Positions 1 to 14,033 of a DNA stretch of 64,000 nt are shown here, in pieces (the stretch's first letter is position 1; each line of letters opens with the position of its first letter). The notes under the pieces were generated by a model that saw only the letters and a program-made list of their open reading frames with translations, searched no databases and was not told the DNA's origin. The stretch is from Trichinella spiralis (taxonomy: Eukaryota). The position numbers and the translations under genes are program-made. The DNA lies in contig NW_003526944.1 in assembly GCF_000181795.1 (NCBI RefSeq), forward strand, positions 4,682,479 to 4,746,478, written 5' to 3'.

Positions 1-195
1 GGAGAAAAAAAATATATATCTATGTATAGACACGTTGGTTTCCTGCTTTGTTTTCTGACTCTAGATGATGAAAGAGTCGACGACTGTGATGATGCATCCA
101 CATTGTTGCTCATTTGAGAGTTTGCTCGCATTCGTTGTTGCCAAGCAACGAACCGTGGCTGTTGTGTGTAAATTTAGGTGTGGAGTGGTGTTTCA

Positions 196-3100
196 ATGTC
201 GACAGACGGTCGTCGGTCCCACGTTTGGAATAGTTTCAGAAGAAAAAAATCAGGTAAAAAAAAACAATGAATGACCACCGATTTCAACAATTCAATTTTA
301 TTTTTCATTATGCGAAATTTATTTATTCAGAATCGATAGACAAAGGACGGCGCCGATTGGACAACAACGGCACTTATGGAACGGTGCGCGAAACTTTGCT
401 TCGATTGGTACCTCGTAATTCGCTGTGTCGCATGTTTTGTCGTGGTAGTAAATGCAAATATTGCAATCCTGATTTGGTACCGGACAATATGAAAATCATC
501 GACGGCATCTATTCCACATGGTGAGTGAGTGAATTTTTAATCCGGTGAAGAGGCAGACAAAGACAAAGGAAAAGCATCGTATATCAATGTAGAATTGTTG
601 ATAATTTTATGTTTGTTTTGTTTCAGGATAACTGAGGATATATTGGCAATTGCAAGACCGTCCGATGAGGGTATCGAACGGTTCCAGTTGATTGAGCAGT
701 TGGCTAAATGCGGTGTGAAGAGTATTTTCAATTTGCAGCTACCGTTCGAACATGCCCATTGCGGAAATCCACTCACTGAGCACGGATTCAGCTATGATCC
801 GGAAATTTTCATGGAACACGGCAGTTCAGTGCATTGAAAAATATGAAACTTTTTCTTGATCTCAGTTCCTTTTCCTCCAAAAACCCCCTTAACCCCCAAG
901 TTTGCCTCCGCTTTGCACTAATCCTTCATCTTTCAGTGGCCCATTACAATTTCGGTTGGCCAGATTTCGGCATTGCGTCAGTTGAACAAATTTTGGACGT
1001 TGTCAAAGTGATGCAGCACGCTCTCGACACTGGTGGCAAAGTGAGTTTTTGGTGATATTGAATAATCGATCGATTGATTGATCCATTGATTGATTGGTTG
1101 TGTTGATCGACTGAGAAATGGACGCATGCAATTTAAGAAGATAATATTATTCTTATTAACATTTTAAATTATTTATTTGTTCATTTTCATCAGTATGGTT
1201 GTAATGCAGTTGATGTTGTGAAATTTGATAAACTACTTGAATTAACACACACACACATACACGTATATATATAGATAGATGGATAGATTTTTTCTCTCTA
1301 GCACACTCTATAGCTTTTTCACTTTTCAAATCTCTTTTACGTCATCAGAAAATTTTGTGACAGATTTCGTGTAGGCGAGGCGGGTGGAATTCAATTTGTT
1401 CAACTTTCCGTCGGCTTTTCCGTCGATTTTTAAGCTTTCGAAATCGGTCGATAACACACACACACACACACTGGCAGCAAACTTCTTGGCTTTTTTTTTC
1501 TTTTGGCCGTCTTCAAAATTCGACAATATTTTTCTTTCTCTTTCAACATCAACGTCCCCCCCTGGAATAGCTAATTTGCATATTTCATTCTCCTTGTGAA
1601 AAATGAATTATTATTATTATTTGAAAATATTTCAAAACGCCAACAAAACTGCTCCATTTGTTTGTTTGTTTGTTTATTTTTTTGTTGTCTTCTCATTTCC
1701 GGCGTCTGGTCTTGGCTATAGCACGTGTTTGTTTGTTCAATGCATTGCTTTTTGTTGTTGTTGTTTCGCTGAATTTGTCGATCGATTAAAAGAAGAGGCG
1801 GGCGGGAGGGGACGAGCAGGTTTTTATATTTTTCGTTTAAATTTTTTACGCAGATTTTTAAGTGATCAAATTTGTGTTGCGAAAAAAAAATTTTTTTTTG
1901 ATTTTTAAATTCATCTGTTTATTGATTTATTAAAAAAGAAAAACGGAAATAAATGACCGTGATTGAATTCAATTTGTCGGAAATGAAAAAAGTTGCGTCA
2001 TCGATGAATGTGAAACGAACGATTTGCGCTCGTCTCTTGTTGTGATGTTCTTAATTTAGCGAACGACTCAGTGACTGACTGAGACTAGTGTGAGTCATGC
2101 GAAAATTATTTCTGACAAAAAAAGCGGTCCAATTGATTAAAATATGCAAATTATTTATTTTTTTTATTTTATAATCAAATATTTATTTATTTATTTATTT
2201 TGTTTAGATTGCTGTGCATTGTCATGCAGGTTTGGGAAGAACGGGCACTTTGATTTGTTGCTTTTTGATTTGGAATCGCGCTTGGACAGCTGAACAAGCT
2301 TTGCAACACGTACGATCTCGCAGGTAGAATGTTGGAATTTGTTCTTGTTTGTTTGTTTGTTTTGTATGCAAATTTATCAGACCCGGCTCTGTGCAAAGTG
2401 CGAGTCAACAGTCGCAGGTGGAAAATTTCCAAGCGTTCGTCGAATCGTTGAAGCCCGTTTTTGATTCCAAGTACAAAAGCAGCATAACTACAGAAATATT
2501 TATTTATTTATTGTTTTGTTTTTCAGTTTAGATTTTGACGAGCATCTGAAACGACAAGCGTTAGTGCTTTACGGTTTGGAAGCTCGAGTTTTGAAAAACA
2601 TTCCAAAGGTGAGAGCATATACACACAGTACAAAAGTAGTAATATAGCAGAGTCATTCTTGGCATGCCGACCGGCAAGTTTGTTGACCACTGTCCAACAA
2701 AAGGTCACAAAAGGTGATTGCATGGGTGGGTTTGGGGGGGGGGGGGTTGACCGCGCTGTGAACATGATGTATGTCGTTCATCGAAGCAAAATCAAAATGA
2801 GAAAAGATAAAAATCTACCACATACACGTGTATATACAACAATTAGGTCACAGTCAATGTTGAAATAAATTATGTAAAATATTTGAAGAAAAATTATATT
2901 TGAAAAAAAAAATTTTTTTTTCTTTAAATAAATATAGATTGCGTTTGTCGTGTGTGAAGTTTTGCTTGAATTGTTCGGATTGAAACGTAGCGGTCACGTG
3001 CGAGCTTTTCTGCAAAATGAAAGCAGCCTGGAAAAGTGGTCAGTGGACACTCGTGGTAATTTGATGCACCACGTTGACCACCAAGTCGATGCTCCTTCCG

Positions 3101-3942
3101 ACACGATCAAGTCACCTTCGGCCAATCCGATAACATTCGCCAACGTGATCAATTTGATGCAATCTACCAACTTTCATACTGTAGACAATGCCGTACAACA
3201 ATTGCAAGTAGGAATTGTATTTTTTTTCTGTGCATTAAAAAAATGAATTGTTAAAAATAAATTAATATATATTATCGAAATAACTTTTTCAACGTATTTA
3301 TTTATTTAATAAATATTCTTTATACGTTCTGTTTTTATCAAGAAGAAATTGCGAGTTTTCATTTTAATCAATTTATGTGTAAAATATGTGAAGAGAGGAA
3401 GGATGTGTTGTTGTTAAGTTGATTTTTATCAGGACTGGTTGAACAGGGAAAATTTCAACCAACGGTGGTTCCATTTGGCTGACCATTTTAATCCGGTTCA
3501 TCAATTAACACTGCTCGGATGTTGGTTTTGTTCACTGAAAGAGCCGATGTTGAACAGCTTCAATTCGGCAAGCTTGTTCGACTCGCAGCTCATTACCGGT
3601 GCATGTGCATTTTCAGACAATCATCATCGATTATCCAGGGTTTGTTTGTTTGCTTGATAAACAAAATTTTTTCATTAATTATATGAATATATATTTTTTT
3701 GTGTTCTTTTCAAGGGCCAGTTCACAACAACGATGTACATTTGTCGAACGTTCGTCTTGCTCAGTAGTCGAGATGTGGACGACCATAGCTGCCGGACGTT
3801 GGAGATGTGCCGCGATTTGTTGACACGGTGGTTCGCCAGCGATGCCGATGCCGTCAACGTTCGCCGGGCGTTGGACAGTGTTTTCCACTCTGTGGTCAGC
3901 GAGCTGAATTTGGATGACAATTTCAATTTGCCGGCTCGATAA
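196..3942 (+). CDS. PTPDC1: Protein tyrosine phosphatase domain-containing protein 1-like; 10 exons: 196-253, 331-520, 627-823, 937-1040, 2208-2323, 2381-2470, 2527-2608, 2938-3207, 3433-3639, 3715-3942
   Basis: Phase-consistent GT-AG splicing gives MSTDGRR...LCRMFCRGSKCKY...GIYSTWITEDILAIARPS...NLQLPFEHAHCG...YNFGWPDFG...IAVHCHAGLGRTG (intact CX5R loop)...LKRQALVLYGLEARVLKNIPK...WFCSLKEPML, matching the PTPDC1 layout. The ATG at 196 is inferred from frame and phase. Confidence 0.9.
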
Positions 3943-4089
3943 ACTGCTTCTGCTTTTACCAAAGTTGACCAATTTTTACTAATCAAATTTATTATTTTAA
4001 AATTTAAATCAAATCAGTAAACCATTGCCCACATTTTCCGATTTCGGAGTTCGGTCGTCTGTCTGGTAGAGCAAAAATAAGTCTGCTAG

Positions 4090-4131
4090 TCATCGTCATC
4101 ATCATCATCGTCGTCGTCGTCGTCGTCGTCG
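4090..4131. repeat. Compound (CAT)n(CGT)n microsatellite, repeated at ~7035-7076
   Basis: catcgtcatcatcatcatcgtcgtcgtcgt... Confidence 0.85.
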
Positions 4132-6044
4132 CGCAATTGAGTTTGGAAGCAAGCTATTTTTCAAAAAAAGAAAAATCCATAATAATAATAATAATAATAG
4201 TAGTAATACGACGGTCATTGTGCCATCGGCCGACAAATTCAGCCAATCGATCACTTTGCGTTTTTATTTTTATTCTTTTTTTATTGGGGGGTGTTCTTGT
4301 TATTTTTGCCTGTATTCTGGTCGAATTGTGTCTGCTGACGTCAACGAACGACGGTTGAGCTTGATTAAAACTTCAACAATCACTTTATTTGAGTTTGAAA
4401 AAAATACGTAGGAAAAAAACAAAGAATAAAAATGGTATATTGTGCCGCTTGTTGTGACTGGCGCATTTTACATCTTATTATTATTATTATTGATTAAACT
4501 GGTCTAATAGTTTATCACCTCAATATAGACATTTGGCAAATTTTTACAGTAATGTCAAAATAGTCAACATTTGAACTTTTGAGTATTTTTCTATTATACT
4601 GTATGTAATAAAGTGAGCATTTTTGCAATTTTTTCGTTTTATTTTCAATAGAACGTGTTGAAAAAGATTTTTGTACGAAAATTATAACAAAATTTTTTCA
4701 AATTAAGAAAAAAAAGCAATAAATTAAAATTGTACAAAATGGAATTTTAACAAGTGAATGAAGAAAAAAAAACAAGTTGAATTATATTATCTGTATGTCG
4801 TATTCATTGAGTGATTGATTGATTGATTATGGAAATTATGAATTTCATTATTCATTATTGATAGATAGATGAACACATTTTCAAAACTTTTACTTAAACA
4901 AATATTGGTGACCAACTTTATTTAACATCAATTACGATTTTTATTTGCATAAAGTTGACGTTCACATTCAATGTAACCAATTGCTGATCGTAGAAAAAAT
5001 TTGCCTATCAATTAATTAACGAGTCGGTGATTTATCGCATCGTTCTTCATTAATCGTTCATCGATCGATCAGAACGGATGCACATGCGCCGTGTCTGATG
5101 GTCTGATGTGCGTGAAGCGAATAAATCAAAATGCCCAATAAACCCAAGAAAAGAAGAAAGAACTGCACATCCGGCGGAATGGTTGGTTGCATCGTGCATT
5201 GGTAAGATAAATTTTATTTATTTTTCAATTTTTCAACTATCAAACATGGCCATTTGACAGTGCAAAATTCAAGTAAAATTGTTCTTGTTTTTCAACATAA
5301 TGTGAAATATTCTGCTTTTTGCTTTTCCTCTTCTGCATGCATTGTTTTTCTTTAATTCAATAAGATACAATTTATTTTGGTGGGAATATTGTGCTTCTTT
5401 GTGAGTTTATTTTTCAAATAATTAATTTTTAATTCAAGTGATTTAAAATTTGTATTGTGGTTGTGACGTTCGTAAAAGAATCGTATTTTGATAAGCAAGA
5501 TCATAACAAATTTGTTCTCGTCTCCAAAGGGGAGTGTTAATTTTCCAAAGAAAAATAAAGAATAATATAAATTGCAAATAACAAATTGTGGAGATTTTCT
5601 TTTCAAAATATCAATTATAAAAATGTTGACTCTGAAATGTCGGCAAATATTCTTCTATTTACATTAACATCGTAAAAAAATAAATATCAGCTTATGTAAG
5701 TAATGTATTTTTTTGATCTTAATTGTTTGATGGTATTAGATGGAAACTGTCACGATGCAGTTATTTATGTTGCGTTATTCTTTTTCACATTCTGACTGTG
5801 TAAATACGATTTGAGAATGAATGGAAATTAGCGATAGTTTAGCAATTTCGACTCAATCGATTTTTACAACATGCAATTTTCATTGTTGACAATTTTATTA
5901 AATTAACGTAAAATTAAATTCGACGCTAAAGAAAAATATATGTCGCTGCCCTGTCACACTATCAACGGATACCGATTTGTAGAGTGGTTTTTCAAAATTG
6001 GCATATATTTTTCATTTGTCCGCGTGTGTCATTTTTGAGCACTG

Positions 6045-6054
6045 NNNNNNNNNN
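6045..6054. other. Assembly gap
   Basis: 10 N. Confidence 1.
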
Positions 6055-6887
6055 CATTCGGGCAATCCGATAAACGTTCGTCCATCTGATCAATTAAATG
6101 CAATTTTGACAACTGTCATACCGTAGAGATGCCGTACAACAGTGCCATGTGGGAATTGTATTTTTTGTTTGTGCATAAAAAAATGAATTGTTAAAAAATA
6201 AATTAATATATATTATCGAAATAACTTTTTCAACGTATTTATTTATTTAATAAATATTCTTTATACGTTCTGTTTTTATCAAGAAGAAATTGCGAGTTTT
6301 CATTTTAATCAATTTATGTGTAAAATATGTGAAGAGAGGAAGGATGTGTTGTTGTTAAGTTGATTTTTATCAGGACTGGTTGAACAGGGAAAATTTCAAC
6401 CAACGGTGGTTCCATTTGGCTGACCATTTTAATCCGGTTCATCAATTAACACTGCTCGGATGTTGGTTTTGTTCACTGAAAGAGCCGATGTTGAACAGCT
6501 TCAATTCGGCAAGCTTGTTCGACTCGCAGCTCATTACCGGTGCATGTGCATTTTCAGACAATCATCATCGATTATCCAGGGTTGGTTTGTTTGTTTGTTT
6601 GATAAACAAAATTTTTTCATTAATTATATAAATATATATTTTTTTGTGTTCTTTTCAAGGGCCAGTTCACAACAACGATGTACATTTGTCGAACGTTCGT
6701 CTTGCTCAGTAGTCGAGATGTGGACGACCATAGCTGCCGGACGTTGGAGATGTGCCGCGATTTGTTGACACGGTGGTTCGCCAGCGATGCCGATGCCGTC
6801 AACGTTCGCCGGGCGTTGGACAGTGTTTTCCACTCTGTGGTCAGCGAGCTGAATTTGGATGACAATTTCAATTTGCCGGCTCGATAA
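6055..6887 (+). pseudogene. Duplicated 3' part of PTPDC1 (degenerate end of exon 8 plus the last two exons); likely an assembly duplicate
   Basis: ORFs 6380-6631 and 6678-6887 repeat the 3439 and 3733 ORFs; no upstream exons follow the gap. Confidence 0.6.
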
Positions 6888-9372
6888 ACTGCTTCTGCTT
6901 TTACCAAAGTTGACCAATTTTTACTAATCAAATTTATTATTTTAAAATTTAAATCAAATCAGTAAACCATTGCCCACATTTTCCGATTTCGGAGTTCGGT
7001 CGTCTGTCTGGTAGAGCAAAAATAAGTCTGCTAGTCATCGTCATCATCATCATCGTCGTCGTCGTCGTCGTCGTCGCGCAATTGAGTTTGGAAGCAAGCT
7101 ATTTTTCAAAAAAAGAAAAATCCATAATAATAATAATAATAATAGTAGTAATACGACGGTCATTGTGCCATCGGCCGACAAATTCAGCCAATCGATCAGT
7201 TTGCGTTTTATTTTTATTCTTTTTTTATTGTTGGATATTCTTGTTATTTTTGCCTGTATTCTGGTCGAATTGTGTCTGCTGACGTCAACGAACGACGGTT
7301 GAGCTTGATTAAAACTTCAACAATCACTTTATTTGAGTTTGAAAAAAATACGTAGGAAAAAAACAAAGAATAAAAATGGTATATTGTGCCGCTTGTTGTG
7401 ACTGGCGCATTTTACATCTTATTATTATTATTATTGATTAAACTGGTCTAATAGTTTATCATCTCAATATAGACATTTGGCAAATTTTTACAGTAATGTC
7501 AAAATAGTCAACATTCGAACTTTTGAGTATTTTTCTATTATACTGTATGTAATAAAGTGAGCATTTTTGCAATTTTTTTCGTTTTATTTTCAATAGAACG
7601 TGTTGAAAAAGTTTTTTGTACGAAAATAATAACAAAATTTTTTCAAATTAAGAAAAAAAAGCAATAAATTAAAATTGTACAAAATGGAATTTTAACAAGT
7701 AAATGAAGAAAAAAAAACAAGTTGAACTATATTATCTGTATGTCGTATTCATTGAGTGATTGATTGATTGATTATGGAAATTATGAATTTCATTATTCAT
7801 TATTGATAGATAGATGAACACATTTTCAAAACTTTTACTTAAACAAATATTGGTGACCAACTTTATTTAACATCAATTACGATTTTTATTTGCATAAAGT
7901 TGACGTTCACATTCAATGTAACCAATTGCTGATCGTAGAAAAAATTTGCCTATCAATTAATTAACGAGTCGGTGATTTATCGCATCGGTCTTCATTAATC
8001 GTTCATCGATCGATCAGAACGGATGCACATGCGCCGTGTCTGATGGTCTGATGTGCGTGAAGCGAATAAATCAAAATGCCCAATAATCCCAAGAAAAGAA
8101 GAAAGAACTGCACATCCGGCGGAATGGTTGGTTGCATCGTACATTGGTAAGATAAATTTTATTTATTTTTCAATTTTTCAACTATCAAACATGGCCATTT
8201 GACAGTGCAAAATTCAAGTAAAATTGTTCTTGTTTTACAACATAATGTGCAATATTCTGCTTTTTGCTTTTTCTCTTCTGCATGCATTGTTTTTCTTTAA
8301 TTCAATAAGATACAATTTATTTTGGTGGGAATATTGTGCTTCTTTGTGAGTTTATTTTTCAAATAATTAATTTTTAATTCAAGTGATTTAAAATTTGTAC
8401 TGTGGTTGTGACGTTCGTAAAAGAATCGTATTTTGATAAGCAAGATCATAACAAATTTGTTCTCGTCTCCCAAGGAGAGTGTTAATTTTCCAAAGAAAAA
8501 TAAAGAATAATATAAATTGCAAATAACAAATTGTGGAGATTTTCTTTTCAAAATATCAATTATAAAAATGTTGACTCTGAAATGTCGGCAAATATTCTTC
8601 TATTTATATTAATATCGTAAAAAAATAAATATCAGCTTATGTAAGTAATGTATTTTTTTGATCTTAATTGTTTGATGGTATTAGATGGAAACTGTCACGA
8701 TGCAGTTATTTATGTTGCGTTATTCTTTTTCACATTCTGACTGTGTAAATACGATTTGAGAATGGATGGAAATTAGCGATAGTTTAGCAATTTCGACTCC
8801 ATCGATTTTAACAACATGCAATTTTCATTGTTGACAATTTTATTAAATTAATTAACGTAAAATTAAATTCGACGCTAAAGAAAAATATATGTCGCTTCCT
8901 GTTCAACACTATCAAACGGATACCGATTTGTAGAAGTTGTTTTTTCCAAAAATTTGCATATATTTTTCCATTTGTTCCGCGTGTGTCATTTTGAGCACTG
9001 ATAACAGCATTCTCTCAGACGATTCTCAAATGGATAAAATTCGAAAGTAATTTGTTGTTATTGTTACATTAAGACATTTTTTTATTTCCTCAGTAGATTT
9101 TATAAACGTGTGTATAAATAATTGGAATTTATTTATTTTTCAATTTATGAGTTGTAAAAGATCCACACGTGTGTATATATTTATTAATTTTAAAATGTTT
9201 TTGTTAAATTGCAACAATAACTGCTGCATTGTAAATAGTGAATGAAAATGGAATTTATTTTTTCCACATAAAGAGGAAGAAAAAAACAGAAAGGAAAAAA
9301 TTAATAATAGATTAAGGAAAAAAGAGAGAAAGTTAGTTTTCCGTTCAGGTAGTTTGTAGAATAATGGTGAGG

Positions 9373-10048
9373 CTAGTTGATAATTTGCTTATCCACAACG
9401 GAGATCTGACGATGATGATGGTCATCTGTTGATTTTCTTTGTTCTTCTTCTTCTTCATCAATATCATCAATATAATCATCATCATCATCATTAATTTCCA
9501 AAAGCAATTGTTCAACAAACTTGTCAAATTGAATATCGAACGGTTCACCATTGTCCAGCGGAATGGACAATTCGGTGGACAAACTGGCACTGCGTGCGGA
9601 TGAACCGAAAAACGGCACTGGAGATGTGCCCGGCCAGATCGGCTGTATCGAAGCAAAACTCGACGGAGGCGTGCGGGCGTAGATCAGGAACTGTTCGTCT
9701 CCGTGCAAATACAAACACCTTGGACCGTACTTGCAATGGCCCCACGTTCGCAAATTGCGGCACGGTTCCGTTTTGTACAAGAAATTCCTGTACATGCTGG
9801 GTCTCAGTTCGACCAAGTTGTGGGCGAAGAAGCAACTGGAACCGAAACGACATCCCGGACCGTTGACGAAATACCGACACATGCGGGTCTTGTACAAGGC
9901 GAGATTTGGTTTCTGGAAGGGGTTTTTCAAAAATTTACATACATTCCGAATATTACCATCAAGTTGGTGAACATCTTACCTTGTTGTTGTTCACAGTTTC
10001 CTCGTTGATACGCTTCTCACTAGCGACATCCACCAAACAGACTGTCAT
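9373..10048 (-). CDS. Tandem CCCH zinc-finger RNA-binding protein (TIS11/ZFP36-like), ~202 aa; exons 10048-9980 and 9912-9373
   Basis: MTVCLVDVASEKRINEETVNNNK|KPNLALYKTRMC-x8-C-x5-C-x3-H, a 19-aa linker ending YKTEP, a second C-x8-C-x5-C-x3-H and an acidic D/E-rich tail. Intron GTAAGA...TTCCAG, phase 0. Confidence 0.9.
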
Positions 10049-13000
10049 TTTTTCAATAGTCTGTCACTAGGCAGCTGACAGACCGTTTTATGAATATTTC
10101 CCAGTGCTTATAGCGTCATTTGTTTTTTTTGTACTGCCTGCTGTTCACGAGGAAAATTAGCTGACTTCTGTTTAGCTAACTCCACCAAACAGCAGCAGCA
10201 GCAGCAACAACAACAACAACAATCAAACGTGCTGTGAACGTGCCGCTGTGCTTTTTTTCAGGGTTGATCAAAATACACACAATTCACCAATTTCCTTTAT
10301 CATTTTTGTAATGAATTATTTATTATTAATTGGTTAGAGTAGAATTTATTTCAATTTACCATCCTCAGATGACGTTGAAAGAAAGTTGTATGGAAGTAGA
10401 TAAACAATTCTAGAATAAATATATTAGTGGCCTTTATTTTATTCCCATTAATTCTTCTTCTTCTTATTATTATTATTAACTACATCATGATTCAGTGTTG
10501 TTGAATAATTTTAATCAGCGAAGCACTATTAATGAGTCAACAAAACAACTGTTAATTAATTAATTGGAGAAAAATATATTGAAAATTTAAAAAACAGTTT
10601 CCACACACACATTATGTGTACATATGTATAAGATTTTTGCATTTTTATTTTTACTCTTCTTCATTGCTCATTGATTGATCGATTTTATCAAGTTTTACAA
10701 TAGATGATACGAATGTAGCTAGTTGGTGATAACGTTCCGCTTCTGAGCTAAAAATTTTCACAATCAGCAGATGCTCAGTAGCAATATAACAACAAATGAC
10801 TCATAACTGATGAAAAACAATACCAAACACTGTATCATAGTCAGGACAGAAATTGTTGCTGTTTTTGCTAGATACTCTTGCTATCATTTAATAGTTGTTT
10901 TCGTTGCTCAAAAATTTGTACAGCTGCAAAGCGGCGCAAGATTACGCAGAATGTGTAAATTTTATGTAAACAAAATCAAATAAATGTGCAGCGATTAAAG
11001 AATAAGCAATAGCATTTTTAAAAAATGAGCATGTGAATATTGCACTTGACAAGATTTACGGTAAATTAGATTCTGTGCATTAATAAGCAACAATTAAATG
11101 GTTGTCAATTTATAATTTGCAGGTAATTAATTATCCTCCTTTTCCTTACACACAACACAAATAGCGTTAACAAAAAACATAAAAACGTTGGCACAACTTT
11201 TTTCATCATGCATTTTCTTCAAACAAGCGGTGTATATTCCTTCTCATAATGATACTCATATATTCATTTTTGGTCAATAATCACTTGATATTTATTGAAT
11301 TCATAGTTACATTATCTTGTTTTATTATGCATTTTTCTTTGAAATAAAAATATATGCAATATTTTGATACTAAATGCGTAAATTTTTTCGTACAGCACAA
11401 TCATATAATATAGTGACGCGTTGCTTCCAATTATTTAGAGCATCTATTCTTTTTTACCTTTTTTAATCTTCAGTACATATCTAAACGTTACTCCAACTTA
11501 GACAATGGGGGGATTAGTGACGTTGCTGTTCACGTGCCACATACCTGTATGTTATTGAAATTATTCTTATATTGCTTTCAGACCAGACCGACAAGCCATT
11601 TTTCCATGCTTCATAGCCTTTTTCCCTTTTCCACATTCAGTGGAGGTCATATTATAGCTAATTTACTTGAGATAGTTATCAGATAATCTTACAATTGTGT
11701 CAGCCCTACTATTGTATTAACTGTTAACTGCATGCGTGTATGGATTGCACAAATATAGTACATAAATACTTTGATTTGTGGTTCAGAAGCTGGCTTTCAC
11801 CAGATATTCAAAATGGGCGTGTGCCTACGATTTTTGATAATTACTTTAAAGATCAACCTTATTTATACGTTAAATTTTGTTTCATATACAGGGAAAACTG
11901 CCATTTTCAGTTGTTTTCATGGCATAAATTGTCTACAGTTGCTTAACACAGTAGCAAAGCAAAATCATGAAATAAAATTGGAAAATAGGCAGTCTCAAAA
12001 TTTCAATTTAATTTATAGGATAGTATGAAAAGTTGATTCAACAACAAACTTCATATAAGAAATGCAGTTTCACATGTGCTATTTCACTGCATTAAAATCA
12101 GAAAGAGTTGTTTTATTTTTCATTTTTTTGTAATTTTATATAATTCAACGGAGCAAGCAATGCTGCACGAGTGAATGGAAAATTGTATTCGAGCGAAAGT
12201 TGACGCTTATCACTTGTAATCATCTTTCAAGCAGAGCAAAAATGTTGAACAAAAAAAAGCCCGTTGAATGAATTATCACTCCAATGGGGGATTGTTAAAT
12301 TTTTTGTTTTTCTACTTTGAAAAACTGATAAAATATCAACAACAGTATTTCCATTTTTGTAAAATGAAAGTAACAAGATGCTGGGAAAAAAGTGAATTTT
12401 TTTGCTTTTTTAAAAAATTACATTAAGCCGAACTGAAATAACGAATTTGCGTCTGGATGAATCATCATTGAAAGCGTTAACCCTATGCATGCACAGATAG
12501 ATGGTGTTGTTATGTTATTGCTCTTGTAGTCCTTTGTTTTCTTTTCTGGAATCTTGCAAGCTGCAGCTGAATTTTGCTGATCATTATCTCGCAGTTGCAC
12601 AATAACTATCTCCAAGAACGATAAACAAAGCTTAGCTGGTCAGCATTGTTAGCTGTTAGCGATAGCGACGTTCAAGCTTGTTCCTTTTTTTCTTCATGGT
12701 TATTCTCTCATATTTTTCGCCTGTTTGTAATTCTTAATCCATATTCACAAATTGCAAAACTTACATTGGCATATATTTCCAGTCATCATCTGTTTTTGTA
12801 TTTTATAAATTTGAACAATTCTGAAAATGAAAATCAAACACTTTGTGCGTAACTGTTAGGCCATCATGTTTGACCGAGATATGTGAGAAATGAAAAATTC
12901 GTTTTTTTCAGGTGCAACCAATAAACACAAAGAACAATACCATCATCTGAACATCACACACTTTACTGTTATAAATTTATTTTTCAATGTCTTATAATTT

Positions 13001-13403
13001 GTTGATTTTATTGTATTTTTGACATATACTTTGTTTCATTTCCTCTCCCACTTTTATACTGTTACACGCATTACAATCGCTTTAACTGAACACTGAGCTT
13101 CGCTGTTTGGCTTGCATCCACTTTGAAAAAATTGAACTTAATTCTTTGGTATTTTTCTTAAATATTACGCAAAATAATTTTCTTTGAAAATATTTTGCAA
13201 GGTTTTGTTTACATTTTGTCTGCTATTACATTTGAATATAACTGGCAAAGTCCAGCCAAAATATATACTTTGAGACTTTGTTTTCAGTTTTTACTTTATC
13301 GGAATACAGGTGCATATTTATATATTTACAAAATGAATTACAAAATGTGCTTTAGCTTTAAATTATGATCATTGAATGTCGCATATCTTTTAAACATGTT
13401 TTT

Positions 13404-14033
13404 TCATACTGATATTACATTGATTGATCGTTCGACGGCGTTGATATCGAAGAAGGCGTTTTTATACGTCGCATCTCGAACCACATCTCAAATTTGTAAG
13501 ATTCTATTGAATACAAAATTACCTTATCTCTTTAAATATTACTTTCTGTTATAGGATTTTTGCCCTCAGAAATAAAATGTACAAATTGGCATTCAGCCCC
13601 ATATGGGCAGCCTTTTAATGTACGAAATTTGTTGCATAGCACCGTCTTATATTTGGGATGTCGGCGCAGTTCACTACGCGAATGGGCGAAAGTGCACCTT
13701 CGACCATAAGGGCAATAGTCGCTTAAATCTATCCAAAAGCACATTTTAGTCTTGTACTTTGGATCGCGGTGTGGAATATATGGTTTTCTACGTTGATTTT
13801 TAATTTTTTTATTTCTTTTAAAGGCCATTTCATTTGGCCAGAATCCTATTTTGAAGTTTGTGCTTTCCTTTGCTTCTTTATTTTGTGGTTCCTGATGTTT
13901 CGCATACTTGTTAACTTTTTTTAACTTTGAATTTATATAATGCATATTGCAAGTGATGGTTCATGTGAAGTTCGCCAGTGTTACTTGTCTTGCAAAGTGC
14001 TTGCAAACTGTTTTCGCCTTTGAGAAATGACAT
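13404..14033 (-). CDS. Tandem CCCH zinc-finger gene, array copy A; first splice donor deleted, so possibly a pseudogene or an altered 5' structure; last exon 13486-13404
   Basis: KYKTKMCFWIDLSDYCPYGRRCTFAH-SRSELRRHPKYKTVL-CNKFRTLKGCPYGAECQFVH. The ATG at 14033 is homologous to copies B and C, but its frame stops before the fingers; an in-frame ATG lies at 13945. Confidence 0.75.

Larger units (their letters stand above)
3115..9000. repeat. Direct tandem duplication of ~2.9 kb (about 3115-6044 and 6055-9000) separated by an N gap
   Basis: ORFs recur at an offset of ~2.94 kb (3733/6678, 5352/8297). The copies are near-identical except at the gap-adjacent ends, which are rich in indels. Confidence 0.95.

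Noticed and set aside
5068..5100. Small hairpin atcaga-acgg...ccgt-g-tctgat (a similar one lies at ~43731-43753)
   Set aside because: Too short and imperfect to support a miRNA or other ncRNA call.
9100..9372. AU-rich elements in the CCCH 3' UTR suggesting autoregulation
   Set aside because: No clustered UUAUUUAUU nonamers; not distinguishable from the AT-rich background.
12418..12615. Recurring minus ORF MEIVIVQLRDNDQQ (also 19386-19577)
   Set aside because: Recurrence is explained by the tandem duplication; non-ATG start, no domain, and not called in unit 2.
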